This document shows, in pieces, positions 49,301 through 58,352 of a stretch of DNA of 64,000 nt. The translations under genes and the position numbers were made by a program. This stretch comes from Candidatus Micrarchaeota archaeon. GTDB taxonomy: Archaea; Micrarchaeota; Micrarchaeia; Norongarragalinales; UBA97. Under the pieces are notes generated by a model. It saw nothing but the letters and a program-made list of their open reading frames with translations. It was not told the DNA's origin and searched no databases. The stretch lies in the NCBI GenBank assembly GCA_016194335.1, contig JACQBR010000008.1, positions 864-64,863 of the forward strand, in the 5' to 3' direction. The first letter of the stretch is position 1; every line of letters starts with the position of its first letter.

Positions 49301-51334
49301 CACCTTCCAAAGAGCACCCACTGGTTTGGAAGCGAACTCAAAAAGGCGCTTGCGCCGGGCGTGATAAGCCGCGCGGGCCACAATGTTTCGTACACTATTC
49401 CCGTGGGCGCGGATGCGTTAAGGCACTACGCGGGGCATGGGAATTCATTCGAAATCGAGGACGGCTTTGTCTATCCAGTGCAGAACCACGGCAACGCGAG
49501 GATTCCCGAATCAATGCCCCTCGACTCGAAATTCGGCTGGTTTGTCGGGGCCTACCTTTCCGAAGGCAGCCTGAGCAGGTACAACGTGGGCATTTCAAAC
49601 ACTGACTCCGAGTTCATCGCAAGGACGAAGGGATTCGCCGACTCCCTCGCGCTCAAATACGCGGAGAAGGCCAACAGCCGCGGCTTTGCCTTGGGCAACG
49701 GCCTTACCATCAATTCAACCCTGCTTTCCGAACTGTTGCAAAAGACCTGCGGCAAGGGCTCGTCAAGCAAGCGCGTTCCTGAATTCGCCTTCAGCGCAAA
49801 CGAAAAGTTCATCTCATCGCTTCTTTCGGCGTATTTCGATGGCGACGGCAACGTGACGATGGAGCGCAATGCGATTCGCGCCTCTTCCAACTCGAAGGAA
49901 CTGATTGACGGGGTTGCACTGCTGCTCTGCAGGCTTGGCATCTTCTGCACCAAGCACTTCGCTTCGGGCCAGCACTGCCTCTCCATTCCGGGGGCGTACG
50001 CAAACCGCTTCAGGGAGAAAATCGGCTTCGTGTGGGCCAAGAAGTCTTCCTTACTTGGGAAACTTTGCACCAAGGAAACCAAGCGCATCTCTTACGACAT
50101 TCTCGACATGAAAGTCGGGTTCGGAAGCGTGATAGGCGACGCCGCCAGGAAGCTCGGAGTGCCCTCCCGTTTGGTCAGCAAGTTCACCAAGAAGCAGGAA
50201 ATCGGCGTGAAGACGCTTGCGAAATACGTTGACAAGTTCGGGGAACTCTCGCGCCAAAATAGCATCAACGTGGATAAAGAGCTTTCCGTAATGAAAGCCA
50301 TGCTTGAGGAAGACGTGGCGTGGGACGAGATTGTCGAGGTGAAGTTCGTCGACTCCACGCCCCTGGTCTACGACTTTTCCGTCGAGGGGCTCGAGACGTT
50401 CGCCACCTTCGACGGCGTGATTACGCACAACACGCTGCGCACCTTCCACTACGCCGGAGTCGCCTCGCTCGCGCAGCTCGGCTTCACCCGACTGGTGGAA
50501 ATCGTCGACGCGACCAAGAAGCCGAAGAGCCCCGTGATGGAAGTCTACCTTCGCAAGGAGCTTTCCAAGGACTTCGAGAAGGTCAAGAAGTTCGCCGCTT
50601 CTCTTGAGCAGCTCACGCTGGAGCAGGTTGCCGATGTGAGGGAGAATTTCGACCGCAAGAGCATCCGCGTCACCTGGGACGAGAAGTCGCTTCACGACAA
50701 GGCGGTGAAGGAAGACGAGATTTTCGAGAAGGTCAAGCTCGTCGCCCCCGCGGAGAAGACCCAGACTGGAATCACCGTCCGCCCCAAGGCAGACAGCATC
50801 CGCAACACCCGCAAGATCACCAACAAGCTTCGCGAAATCATCCTGCGGGGAGTGGCGAACATTTCCCGCGCCATCATCATCGAAAAGGCAGGGGAGTACG
50901 TCGTGGCGACGGAAGGGAGCAACCTCGAAGGCTTGCTGAAGATTCCCGAAGTGGACTCCTCGCGCACCACCACCAACGACATTACCGAAACCTACCACGT
51001 GCTCGGGGTGGAGGCCGGCCGCAACTCCATAATGAACGAGATGCTCAAAGTGCTCACCGCCCAGGGGCTCAAGGTCGACGCGAGGCACATCATGCTCATT
51101 GCCGACTCGATGACCTCCAAGGGCAAGCTCACTTCAGTCGGAAGGCACGGCCTTGCGGGGGAGAAGAGATCCGTCCTCGCGCGCGCGGCCTTTGAAGAGA
51201 CTGCCAAGCACCTCCTCAACGCCTGCATCAAGGGCGAGGAAGACCCCCTTCAGGGAATTGCCGAGAACATCATCATCGGCCAGACCATCCCCTGCGGGAC
51301 GGGCAAGGTCAAGCTCGAGATGACCATTGAGTAG
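46322..51334 (+). CDS. rpoA: RNA polymerase largest subunit, fused A'/A'' (Rpo1), intein-containing
   Basis: NADFDGDEMN active site, TGYMQRRL, then AAQSIGEPGTQM|TLRTFH and ARAAFE in one ORF; 1150 aa after intein removal. Confidence 0.97.
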   Translation: MKVIGAIEFGVFSPEQVRKMSAVKITVPDTYDEDGYPINGGLADQHLGVIDPGLRCKSCGGRMKSCSGHFGHIEMVRPVIHVGFAKAVYHLLKATCRKCSRLLVEDSTFEKPKKAAVCPHCAEQQGAIKFVKPTSFFEDVGGKERRLLPNEVRERMEHISDEDLNTLGVKIRPEWMVLTVLIVPPVTVRPSITLETGERSEDDLTHKLVDVLRINQRLGENIDAGAPQLIIEDLWELLQYHVATFFDNETAGIPPARHRSGRQLKTLFQRLKGKEGRFRYNLSGKRVNFSGRTVISPDPTLGINELGVSEHIARELTVPIFVTEWNLEPIKELVKGHPEKINYVIRPDGKRKKLIGLNIEEVTAEIVPGYTVERQLMDDDIVIFNRQPSLHRVSMMAHHVKVLPGKTFRFNSAVCKPYNADFDGDEMNIHVPQNEEAQAEAEILMKAQEQILSPRNGEPIVVPELDQISGLYMLTAKGVEFPRSEAAMMLSRAGVNDAEFKGEKVSGREILSAILPKEFDFECASLAFHQKCKECPGGKCAEHDSTVVVKNGKFLRGHLDGRSSDKLVRALFKEFGSDAAAKYLDAATKISVDVATDFGISLSLDDYAITDKTRGELGELYLTAHKGVRKLIQKYRMKRLARLPGKTLKETLEEQVMDILEAVRHDAWGIIKTHVRKHPVKFGGAEIMHNSALLMADSGARGKPINVVQMAGIVGQQAVRGKRMRSGYKGRILSHFAKGDLSDLARGFVRDSYVRGLSPHEYFFHAAGGRDSVVDKGVNPAKTGYMQRRLINALQDIVVQKDLTASDAEGKIIQFKYGDDGMHPAGNAVAYGEPVGVIAAQSIGEPGTQMSIPSGEKVVVSIDGAMKPVAIGEFVDGLIEKHGSIKIGGASVVDLPQSAGICVPSLSQEGKVVFKRLISASRHECGKKILEITTRSGRKIRATDNHSFVIRKDNRIIPVMGSSLKVGQRIPVVKSMPSPALFAQGAESLDLQQHLPKSTHWFGSELKKALAPGVISRAGHNVSYTIPVGADALRHYAGHGNSFEIEDGFVYPVQNHGNARIPESMPLDSKFGWFVGAYLSEGSLSRYNVGISNTDSEFIARTKGFADSLALKYAEKANSRGFALGNGLTINSTLLSELLQKTCGKGSSSKRVPEFAFSANEKFISSLLSAYFDGDGNVTMERNAIRASSNSKELIDGVALLLCRLGIFCTKHFASGQHCLSIPGAYANRFREKIGFVWAKKSSLLGKLCTKETKRISYDILDMKVGFGSVIGDAARKLGVPSRLVSKFTKKQEIGVKTLAKYVDKFGELSRQNSINVDKELSVMKAMLEEDVAWDEIVEVKFVDSTPLVYDFSVEGLETFATFDGVITHNTLRTFHYAGVASLAQLGFTRLVEIVDATKKPKSPVMEVYLRKELSKDFEKVKKFAASLEQLTLEQVADVRENFDRKSIRVTWDEKSLHDKAVKEDEIFEKVKLVAPAEKTQTGITVRPKADSIRNTRKITNKLREIILRGVANISRAIIIEKAGEYVVATEGSNLEGLLKIPEVDSSRTTTNDITETYHVLGVEAGRNSIMNEMLKVLTAQGLKVDARHIMLIADSMTSKGKLTSVGRHGLAGEKRSVLARAAFEETAKHLLNACIKGEEDPLQGIAENIIIGQTIPCGTGKVKLEMTIE
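48872..50431 (+). mobile_element. Intein (520 aa) with LAGLIDADG endonuclease in the RpoA'' region
   Basis: Starts SIPSGE after PGTQM, TDNHSF block B, GAYLSEG and SAYFDGDG, ends ITHN followed by Thr. Confidence 0.95.
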
Positions 51335-51375
51335 GAAAGCGCGGGGTTAAGAACCCGACTTGAGTAGATGGTTTC

Positions 51376-51909
51376 ATGAAACGTCGTGCAACTTCAATCG
51401 TTCGGGGCCGCGTCCAGGGCGTCGGATACCGCGACAGGGTGTTGGAGAAGGCTCTGGAGCTCGGCATTGCGGGTTTTGTTGAGAACGAGCCCGACGGCAG
51501 CGTCAAGGTTGTTTGCGAAGCAGAGGAAGGAGTTCTCCAAAAATTTCCTTCCTCAATCGAGATAAAACACGAGCCGGACAAAGGAATCATTCTTGTCAAG
51601 TCGGTCTAAACCTTTTTTTCCCAACCAACCGGAGAGTTCTCTTATTCTGAAGTGAAAATGGGAGAACTTCCTTCCGAAATTCGCGAAGGCTTCCGCACGG
51701 CATACAACTACTTCGGCCTTTTCAGCGAACGCACCGACGAAAATTTCAACCGGGTTGATGCCAAGTATGGCGTTATCCATCAGGAAATGATGGCGTTTCA
51801 GGCCACGATGAAGGAACTCGTCACGGCTCTGCGCGAAGACCGGGAAGAAATCAAAAGAATAAGCAAAGGCATCACAAAGATTGCCGACCGGCTCGCGCCC
51901 GAAGCTTAG
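51376..51909 (+). pseudogene. acyP: Acylphosphatase with coiled-coil tail, interrupted by in-frame TAA at 51607-51609
   Basis: GRVQGVGYR, GFVEN.PDGSV; the frame continues past the stop as TFFSQPTGEF into ORF 51652..51909. Confidence 0.75.
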
Positions 51910-51921
51910 CGTGCGTTCATG

Positions 51922-52332
51922 TCAGCTTTTCTTCAGCACCGTGAACGACTCCGTCTCCATCACGCCTTCAGTCCGCCTTATTTTTTCGAGAAGCTCGTTG
52001 AGGATGGGCAGCGCCGGGGAGTGAACGAGGCAAATGACGTCGAACCTTCCAGTCACTTCGAGCAGTTCCTCCACGCCCGCGTAGTGCTTGAGCTTCTCGA
52101 CGATTTTCCCGGTGGGCTTGTGCGAGTCGGTCTTCAGCCCGATTATCGCGCTCACGCCCTCGTAGCTCCCCTCGTAGGTGAAGCGCCTTACCGTCCCTTC
52201 GGAAACGAGCCTCGCGATGCGGTTGCGCACCGTCCCCTCGCTCACGCCGATTTCCTCTGCGATTTCGCTAAGCGGCGCGCGTGCGTTTTCCTTCAGGATT
52301 GAGAGGATGCTGCGGTCAGTAGCGTCAACCAT
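51922..52332 (-). CDS. Lrp/AsnC transcriptional regulator
   Basis: D..IL..L.ENAR....IA...GVSEGTVRNRI; VTGRFD. Confidence 0.93.
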   Translation of the reverse strand: MVDATDRSILSILKENARAPLSEIAEEIGVSEGTVRNRIARLVSEGTVRRFTYEGSYEGVSAIIGLKTDSHKPTGKIVEKLKHYAGVEELLEVTGRFDVICLVHSPALPILNELLEKIRRTEGVMETESFTVLKKS

Positions 52333-52641
52333 GTGCCCACCAAAAAAGCGTCTTGCCCGAAGGCAATTACGCGAAAAGGATTAATTATGCTTTCGGTAGC
52401 AAAAATGCGGAAAACGCAATGGAAGCACCGAGTGAGGGGTATTGTTGGCAATATGTTTTTTGATAAAAGTCGCTTCAAATATTCCCGCTTTCCGTCGTTG
52501 CGATAAAGTTTCTTTCCCGCAAAGCATCCAAATGGTTATAAACAATTCCCGGCCTATTTCTTGTTGTTGCAGTCCTCATTTTGAAGTGGGGAGTTATCCC
52601 GCCTGACGGCGCCGGATAGAGAACCATAGGTTGGATTACTC

Positions 52642-52944
52642 ATGGACGTTTCACGTTCAATCAGGCTTGCGGTGGATTCGGGCAGGGTAGTGCTGGGCAG
52701 CCAGAAGGCCGTCACGCTGGTGAAGAGCGGCGGTTGCAAGCTCCTTGTCCTTTCCCAGAACGCCCCGGCCGACCTTTCGCGGGACATCACGCACTACGCG
52801 AAGATGTCGGGCATCCCGTTGATAGTTTACGAAGGCACGAGCATCGAGCTCGGCGCGGTGTGCGGAAAGCCGTTCACGGTAAGCGCGCTGTGCGTGCTTG
52901 ATGAGGGCAATTCGGACATCCTCAAGGCGTCACGGGGCGCGTAA
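52642..52944 (+). CDS. rpl30e: 50S ribosomal protein L30e
   Basis: A..SG.V.LGS, ELG.VCGKPF.VS, G.SDIL. Confidence 0.96.
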   Translation: MDVSRSIRLAVDSGRVVLGSQKAVTLVKSGGCKLLVLSQNAPADLSRDITHYAKMSGIPLIVYEGTSIELGAVCGKPFTVSALCVLDEGNSDILKASRGA

Positions 52945-52955
52945 GAGAGATTTTA

Positions 52956-53378
52956 ATGCCAGTAACGCTGAGCAACGAAGACCTCCAGGCGATCAACCTG
53001 CTCGAAAGGAGCACCGGCGCGCGGGCCACCGACGTGGTTTTCGGCGAGGGTTCGGTCATCTTCGTCGTGGCAAAGGGGGACCTCGGCCGCGCGATAGGGA
53101 AGGGCGGCGCGAGCATAACGAAGTTGGAAAGGGCGTTTGACAAGGCAGTCGAGGTCGTCGAGGACGACGGGACGATGCAGGGTTTCCTCGCAAACCTCTT
53201 CAGGCCCGTTGCCCTTAGCGAAGTGCGCGAGTCGGGCTCGCCCGAGCGCAGGACCGTCACGGTTGCGGTAAACCCCGCCGACAAGGGCAGGGCGATTGGA
53301 AGGGGCGGCGAGCGCATAAAGAAGGCGAGGATGCTGCTGAAAAGGAAATTCGGGATTGAGGACGTAAAGATAGTGTAA
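52956..53378 (+). CDS. nusA: Archaeal NusA (KH)
   Basis: Two G.AIG.GG KH motifs; operon position. Confidence 0.95.
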   Translation: MPVTLSNEDLQAINLLERSTGARATDVVFGEGSVIFVVAKGDLGRAIGKGGASITKLERAFDKAVEVVEDDGTMQGFLANLFRPVALSEVRESGSPERRTVTVAVNPADKGRAIGRGGERIKKARMLLKRKFGIEDVKIV

Positions 53379-53440
53379 TGAAATCTCAAAATGTCTTCGG
53401 TTAAAATTTCAAAAAAAAAACTGTTGAAGGTTTTCAAACT

Positions 53441-53869
53441 ATGGCACGAGGAGAATTTGCAGGCAGGACACTGGCGCGCAGCAGGAAGAAGCGGCGCTGG
53501 CTCAAGAAATGGTGGAAGAGAAAGGAGCTGGGCCTGAAGGAAAAGTACGACCCCCTTGAAGGGACGGCGCGCGCAAGCGGCATCGTCATTAAGAAAGTCG
53601 GGATTGAGCAGAAGCAGCCGCACTCCGGAATCATCAAGGGAGTGGTGGTGCAGCTTCTCAAGAACGGGAAGAAAGTGACGGCGCACGTCCCCCGCGACAA
53701 GGCGATTGGGAAGATTGACGAGCACGACGAGGTCACAATCGAGGGGCTCGGCGGCTCTCAGCGCGGGCAGATGGGTTCCATCCCCGGCGTCCGCTACAAG
53801 GTCGTGGCTGTAAACGGCGTTTCGCTCGAGATGCTCCGCAAGGGCAAAAAGGAGAAGCCGAAGAGGTAA
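53441..53869 (+). CDS. rps12: 30S ribosomal protein S12 (uS12)
   Basis: KQPHSG..K...[15 protein letters not shown]. Confidence 0.97.
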   Translation: MARGEFAGRTLARSRKKRRWLKKWWKRKELGLKEKYDPLEGTARASGIVIKKVGIEQKQPHSGIIKGVVVQLLKNGKKVTAHVPRDKAIGKIDEHDEVTIEGLGGSQRGQMGSIPGVRYKVVAVNGVSLEMLRKGKKEKPKR

Positions 53870-53900
53870 GCCGCATAAAATTTGAAGAGTGGGTTTTTAC

Positions 53901-54575
53901 ATGGCTGAAGATGAATCTGCAAAAGTCGAGGCGGCAAGGCCCGAGCACAAGCCGGACGGGCACGTTGAGGCCGAGGTGAAGCTCTTCGGCAAGTATCCCT
54001 ACACCGGGCTTGTGATTAACGACGGCAGCCTGCGGCAATACGTGTCGCTCAACCCGCTGCAGATTCCCCACTCGTTCGCGCGGCACGCCAACAAGCAGTT
54101 TGCCAAGTCGAAGGTCAACATCGTCGAGCGGCTTGCCAACAAGCTCATGAGGGGAGGCACTGGCGAGAAGCTCGGCGGCAAGGTCATCCGAACGCACGGG
54201 AAGCTGCAGGGCAAGAAGAGCAAGGCAATCAAGATCATCGAGGCGGCTTTTGAAGTGGTCGAGAGGAAGACCAAGCAAAACCCCATCCAGATGCTCATCA
54301 GGGCTCTTGAGAACAGCGCCCCGCGCGAGGACGTCACGCGCGTCCGGTTCGGTGGCATCGCGTACCAGGTGGCCACCGACGTGAGCGCGCAGCGCAGGCT
54401 CGACCTCGCGCTCAGGAACATCACCCTCGCGGCCATACTCGTCGCCTTCAACAAGAAAACCACGCTGGCCGAAGCGCTCGCGGACGAAATCATCCTCGCC
54501 GCAAACGGCGACCTTGCAAGCTTTTCGGTCAAGCGCCGCAACGAGACCGAACGGATGGCGAGGAGCGCAAGGTAA
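53901..54575 (+). CDS. rps7: 30S ribosomal protein S7 (uS7)
   Basis: IVERL.NKLM, NPIQ, N..PRE, E.ERMA.SAR. Confidence 0.97.
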   Translation: MAEDESAKVEAARPEHKPDGHVEAEVKLFGKYPYTGLVINDGSLRQYVSLNPLQIPHSFARHANKQFAKSKVNIVERLANKLMRGGTGEKLGGKVIRTHGKLQGKKSKAIKIIEAAFEVVERKTKQNPIQMLIRALENSAPREDVTRVRFGGIAYQVATDVSAQRRLDLALRNITLAAILVAFNKKTTLAEALADEIILAANGDLASFSVKRRNETERMARSAR

Positions 54576-54647
54576 GGCCCAGCTTGTGTTTTGATTTTTT
54601 TTTTGGCTTTTGTTTGCAGGCAATTCATAGGGGATTAGTGGATCACA

Positions 54648-56870
54648 ATGGCACGAAAGGAAGTTGTCGTCGACGAAGTCGTCCGCCTCATGGGCGCGCG
54701 GGAATACATCCGCAACATGGGCATAGTCGCGCACGTGGATCACGGAAAAGGCTAAAGCCACATTGCGGGCTTTGCTTACGGTCAGACCACGCTGAGCGAC
54801 TCTCTCGTAGCAGTAGCGGGGCTCATTTCCCGCGACCTGGCCGGGGAGCAGCGCGTGCTCGATTACGACCCTCAGGAGCAGGCGCGCGGAATCACGATCA
54901 AGGCCGCGAACATCTCCCTTGGGTTCAACTACGAGAACCAGGATTACATCATCAACATGATTGACACTCCCGGCCACGTGGACTTCGGCGGCCACGTCAC
55001 GCGCGCCATGCGCGCCGTTGACGGCGTGATTCTCGTCATTGACAGCGTGGAGGCCATCATGCCGCAGACAGAGACGGTGCTGCGCCAGGCGCTCAAGGAG
55101 AAAGTGCGCCCCGTGCTCTTCATCAACAAGATAGACCGGCTCATCAACGAGCTCAAGCTCGACTCGAAGGGGATGCAGGAGAGGTTCCTCAAAATCATCA
55201 GCGGGGTGAACAAGCTCATCGCCACCTACGCGCCCGACGAGTTCAAGCAGGAGTGGCAGCTCAGCGTGGAAAAGGGCAACGTGGCTTTCGGAACCGGCTT
55301 TCACAAGTGGGCCGTTTCGTACCCCATCATGAAAAAGACGGGAATGAACTTCAAGGAGCTTTACGACTTATGCGCCGCTGACAACCACGCCGAACTGCGC
55401 AAGAAGGCGCCGCTTGAGGAAGTCATTCTCGAAATCGTCGTGAGGAACCTCCCGTCGCCCATCACGGCGCAGAAATACCGCATTCCCGTCATCTGGCACG
55501 GGGACAAGGGGAACGCGTGGGGCAGGGGAATGCTCACCTGCGACCCGAAGGCGCCCGCCTGCTTCATGGTAACGGCGGTGCAGGTGGACGAGCACGCCGG
55601 CGAAGTGGCAATCGGCCGCCTCTACTCCGGAACGATACGGAAAGGGACCGAACTCTATCTCGCGGGCCAGTTCAAGAACCAGAAGGTGCAGAGCGTCGCG
55701 ATTTACATGGGCCCCGACCGCGTGCTCGTGGACGAAGTGCCTTCGGGCAACATCGTCGCCGTCATCGGGCTCAAGGACGTGTTTGCAGGCGAGACGGCAA
55801 GCGAAGGCCAGATGGACGCATTCGAAAAGATCAAGCACCACTCCGTGCCCGTCGTGACCAAGAGCGTGGAGGCTAAAAACCCCCGCGACCTCGTCAAGCT
55901 CATCGAAGTCCTACAGAAATTGGGCAAGGAAGACCCCACCATCCGGGTTGAAATCAACCAGCAGACGGGCGAGCACCTCATTTCCGGAATGGGTGAGCTG
56001 CACCTCGAAATCATCGAGTACAAGATTGCCAAGGAAAGGGGCGTGGAGATCGAGACGTCCCCGCCGATTGTGGTCTACCAGGAGGCCGTCCTCGAGCGCG
56101 GGCCCGAGCTTGAGGGCAAGTCGCCGAACAAGCACAACAAGTTCAAGCTCGAAGTGATGCCTCTTGAGGAAGGCGTGCGCAAGGCCATCGAGGAAGGCAC
56201 GATTGACGAGCGCACGAAGGGCAAGGAGCTTGTCGAGAAGCTCATCGCAGCGGGGCTGGAGCGGGATGAGGCGAAGAAAATCATCTGCATCCACCGCGAC
56301 AACATCTTCATCGACGCGTCGAAGGGAGTGCAGTTCCTCCAGGACATCAAGGAGCTGCTCATCCAGGCTTTCGAGGAGGCCGTCGAGCAGGGGCCGCTTG
56401 CCAAGGAGAAAGTCGTGGGGCTAAAAGTGCTTCTCAACGACGCGGTGATCCACGTCGACCCGGCCCACCGCGGGCCCGCGCAGGTCTTCCCCGCAATCAA
56501 GCGCCCGCTCTACGCAGGCATGGTCATGGCGAAGTGCGTGCTTTTCGAACCCAAGCAGAAGCTCGTGGTCAACGCTCCCGCCGAGTACATGAGCAACATA
56601 ATCCAGAGCATCCAGGGAAGGCGCGGGCAGGTGCTTGACATCGCGCAGGACGGCGAGCTCATCAACGTGACGGCCAAAGTCCCAGTCGCCACCATGTTCG
56701 GCTTTGCCTCCGACATCCGCGGGGCGTCGCAAGGCCGCGCCGCGTGGTATTACGAATACGCCGGTTACGAACAGCTGCCCTCGAGCTTGCAGGGACCGAC
56801 GATCGCGGCCATCCGCAAGCGCAAGGGCGAGAACGAAACCCCGCCGACGGCGAAGGACTTTCTGGACTAA
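54648..56870 (+). CDS. fusA: Elongation factor EF-2, interrupted by a 36-nt intron-like insertion (exons 54648-54747 and 54784-56870)
   Basis: MARKEVV...[14 protein letters not shown] then, after the insertion, TTLSDSL...[17 protein letters not shown] and the HRGPAQ diphthamide motif; the ORF track shows only the part from 54855. Confidence 0.95.
54748..54783 (+). other. Putative bulge-helix-bulge (EndA-type) intron in the EF-2 mRNA
   Basis: 36 nt with in-frame TAA (54753-54755) and an AAAGCC/GGCTTT hairpin; AAA and TCA 3-nt bulges; cleavage after the 2nd bulge nucleotide gives GGA AAG ACC. Confidence 0.8.
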
Positions 56871-57031
56871 TAGCGGATTGCATTATAATGAAACATTTGC
56901 AGCAATTGCAAAACGCACTTCTAGAGTTCCATAATCAATGCGATTTGCTTCTATGAGAAAAGCCGCCTTGTTCAGTAATGTTTTTGTATCACCCTGGTTT
57001 TAAGGATCTGGTGGAGGAGGGAGGGAGTTGC

Positions 57032-58264
57032 CTAATTCCAGCTTGCCATCCTTACGGCCTTCTTTCCCCTGCGGCTCGGCCTTCGCTTGCCCGGCCTCCT
57101 GCGCAATGCCACCGCGGCGTAATTGAGGCCGAGCGGGACGGCCTTGGCTATTTCGGGAAGCGCAGCGCCGGCAGAGGCAGCGCCGGCATAGCCTAAAACC
57201 GGGACGGAATACGGCGGGGTGAACTCCGGCCTTGCGGCAAGGCGTACTGTCTTTGCCGCCTGCACCGCCGCCAGTGCCTTCCGCCTGTTGGCAATGTATT
57301 TCCTGTCGCTGGCGCTTAGGTAGTTTCTCCGAAACCTTCGAAAGGCGCCCCAGCCGCCGTCCTTGTACGAGAGATTGAGGTAGTCCTGCAGCTTTTTGTG
57401 GTTGATGTTATTGTAGTTTGTCCCTCTGTTGATGAGGTTTCGAAGAAGACGGTTGGCGTTGAAGAAAGCCGTGTGCACGGCGTTGGTGACGTTGAGGCGA
57501 ATGCGCCTTTCATTCTCCGCCCCGATTTCCCCGGGCGTGAGCTCGCGGGGCGTCTTTCCCTTCATCCGGGCGAATCTCTCCAAGTCCTTTTGGTAGACCT
57601 CTTCAAATTCGGAAGTGTCAAGCCTCGTGGAAACGGAGCGGAGCGCGTCCCCAACCGCCTTCGGGGGGATTAATGGCCGCATTTCAAAAAGTTTAGTTCC
57701 CGCCGGCACCGCCCCGTCCTTGATTGCCTGGCTGAGAGATTCATCCGTGACTTGGCCGAGGCCGTTTGCAAAAATCTCGCCATTCCTGTTTCGCAAAGGC
57801 ACGACCGCCTTGTCGCCGCCGCCTTTGACAACCCTGAAGTTGGCGTCCCAAGGAGCCAGTCCGCTTTCGGCAATCAGAATAGCGTGGATGAAATCGGGGG
57901 TGACGAACCTCGAGGCATCGGCGTAATTGAGGTCGGCATTGTGCCTTGCAACTTCGGCCCGAATGGCTTCGTTGATCAGTCCGCTCGCGTCGGGGATGCC
58001 CGTGTGCCGCTCGGTAAGATAGTATTCGGGATGCCCCAAAATTTCTGCAGCTTTGCGGTGGTCCACTTTTTCCCTTCGTTCGAACATTCCGGCAGCAGAC
58101 TGCGCGGCCACCTTCCGCTCGAATTCCTGGCGCGGGGCGCTGTTGAACTTCACTTCGCCCGCCTTGAGGAGCCCCATCAGTGCCAGGGCCGGCAGGAGCC
58201 TCTTTGCGATTCTGGCGGTTCCACCGACTCCCTGCCTTCTTGAATTTTCCGACGCGCGGGTCAT
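57032..58264 (-). CDS. Protein with lytic transglycosylase (SLT/lysozyme-like) motifs
   Basis: FIHAILIAESG, ANGLGQV and later LSYKDG.G; N-terminal hydrophobic segment. Confidence 0.55.
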   Translation of the reverse strand: MTRASENSRRQGVGGTARIAKRLLPALALMGLLKAGEVKFNSAPRQEFERKVAAQSAAGMFERREKVDHRKAAEILGHPEYYLTERHTGIPDASGLINEAIRAEVARHNADLNYADASRFVTPDFIHAILIAESGLAPWDANFRVVKGGGDKAVVPLRNRNGEIFANGLGQVTDESLSQAIKDGAVPAGTKLFEMRPLIPPKAVGDALRSVSTRLDTSEFEEVYQKDLERFARMKGKTPRELTPGEIGAENERRIRLNVTNAVHTAFFNANRLLRNLINRGTNYNNINHKKLQDYLNLSYKDGGWGAFRRFRRNYLSASDRKYIANRRKALAAVQAAKTVRLAARPEFTPPYSVPVLGYAGAASAGAALPEIAKAVPLGLNYAAVALRRRPGKRRPSRRGKKAVRMASWN

Positions 58265-58352
58265 AATTATGCTTTTGTCCGTCCGCCTCTTTAAAACCTC
58301 CCGCGCCGATGGGGAGTCGGCCTTAAATATCTCCGGCAGCGTTCTGTTTCCG

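Noticed and set aside
51607..51609. Alternative genetic code (TAA reassigned), suggested by two in-frame TAAs
   Set aside because: TAA terminates many intact genes here, including psmB, rps12, rps7, EF-2 and tuf.
54750..54785. EF-2 insertion as stop readthrough, ribosomal hopping, intein remnant or spliceosomal GC-AG intron
   Set aside because: Readthrough leaves 12 residues in the P-loop; a GGC-to-GGT hop leaves HGKGQTT; there are no Cys/His-Asn intein termini; a GC...AG excision (35 nt) shifts the frame.
54855..56870. ORF-track EF-2 start at 54855
   Set aside because: It would lack the G1 P-loop; the true N-terminus is in the same frame from 54648.
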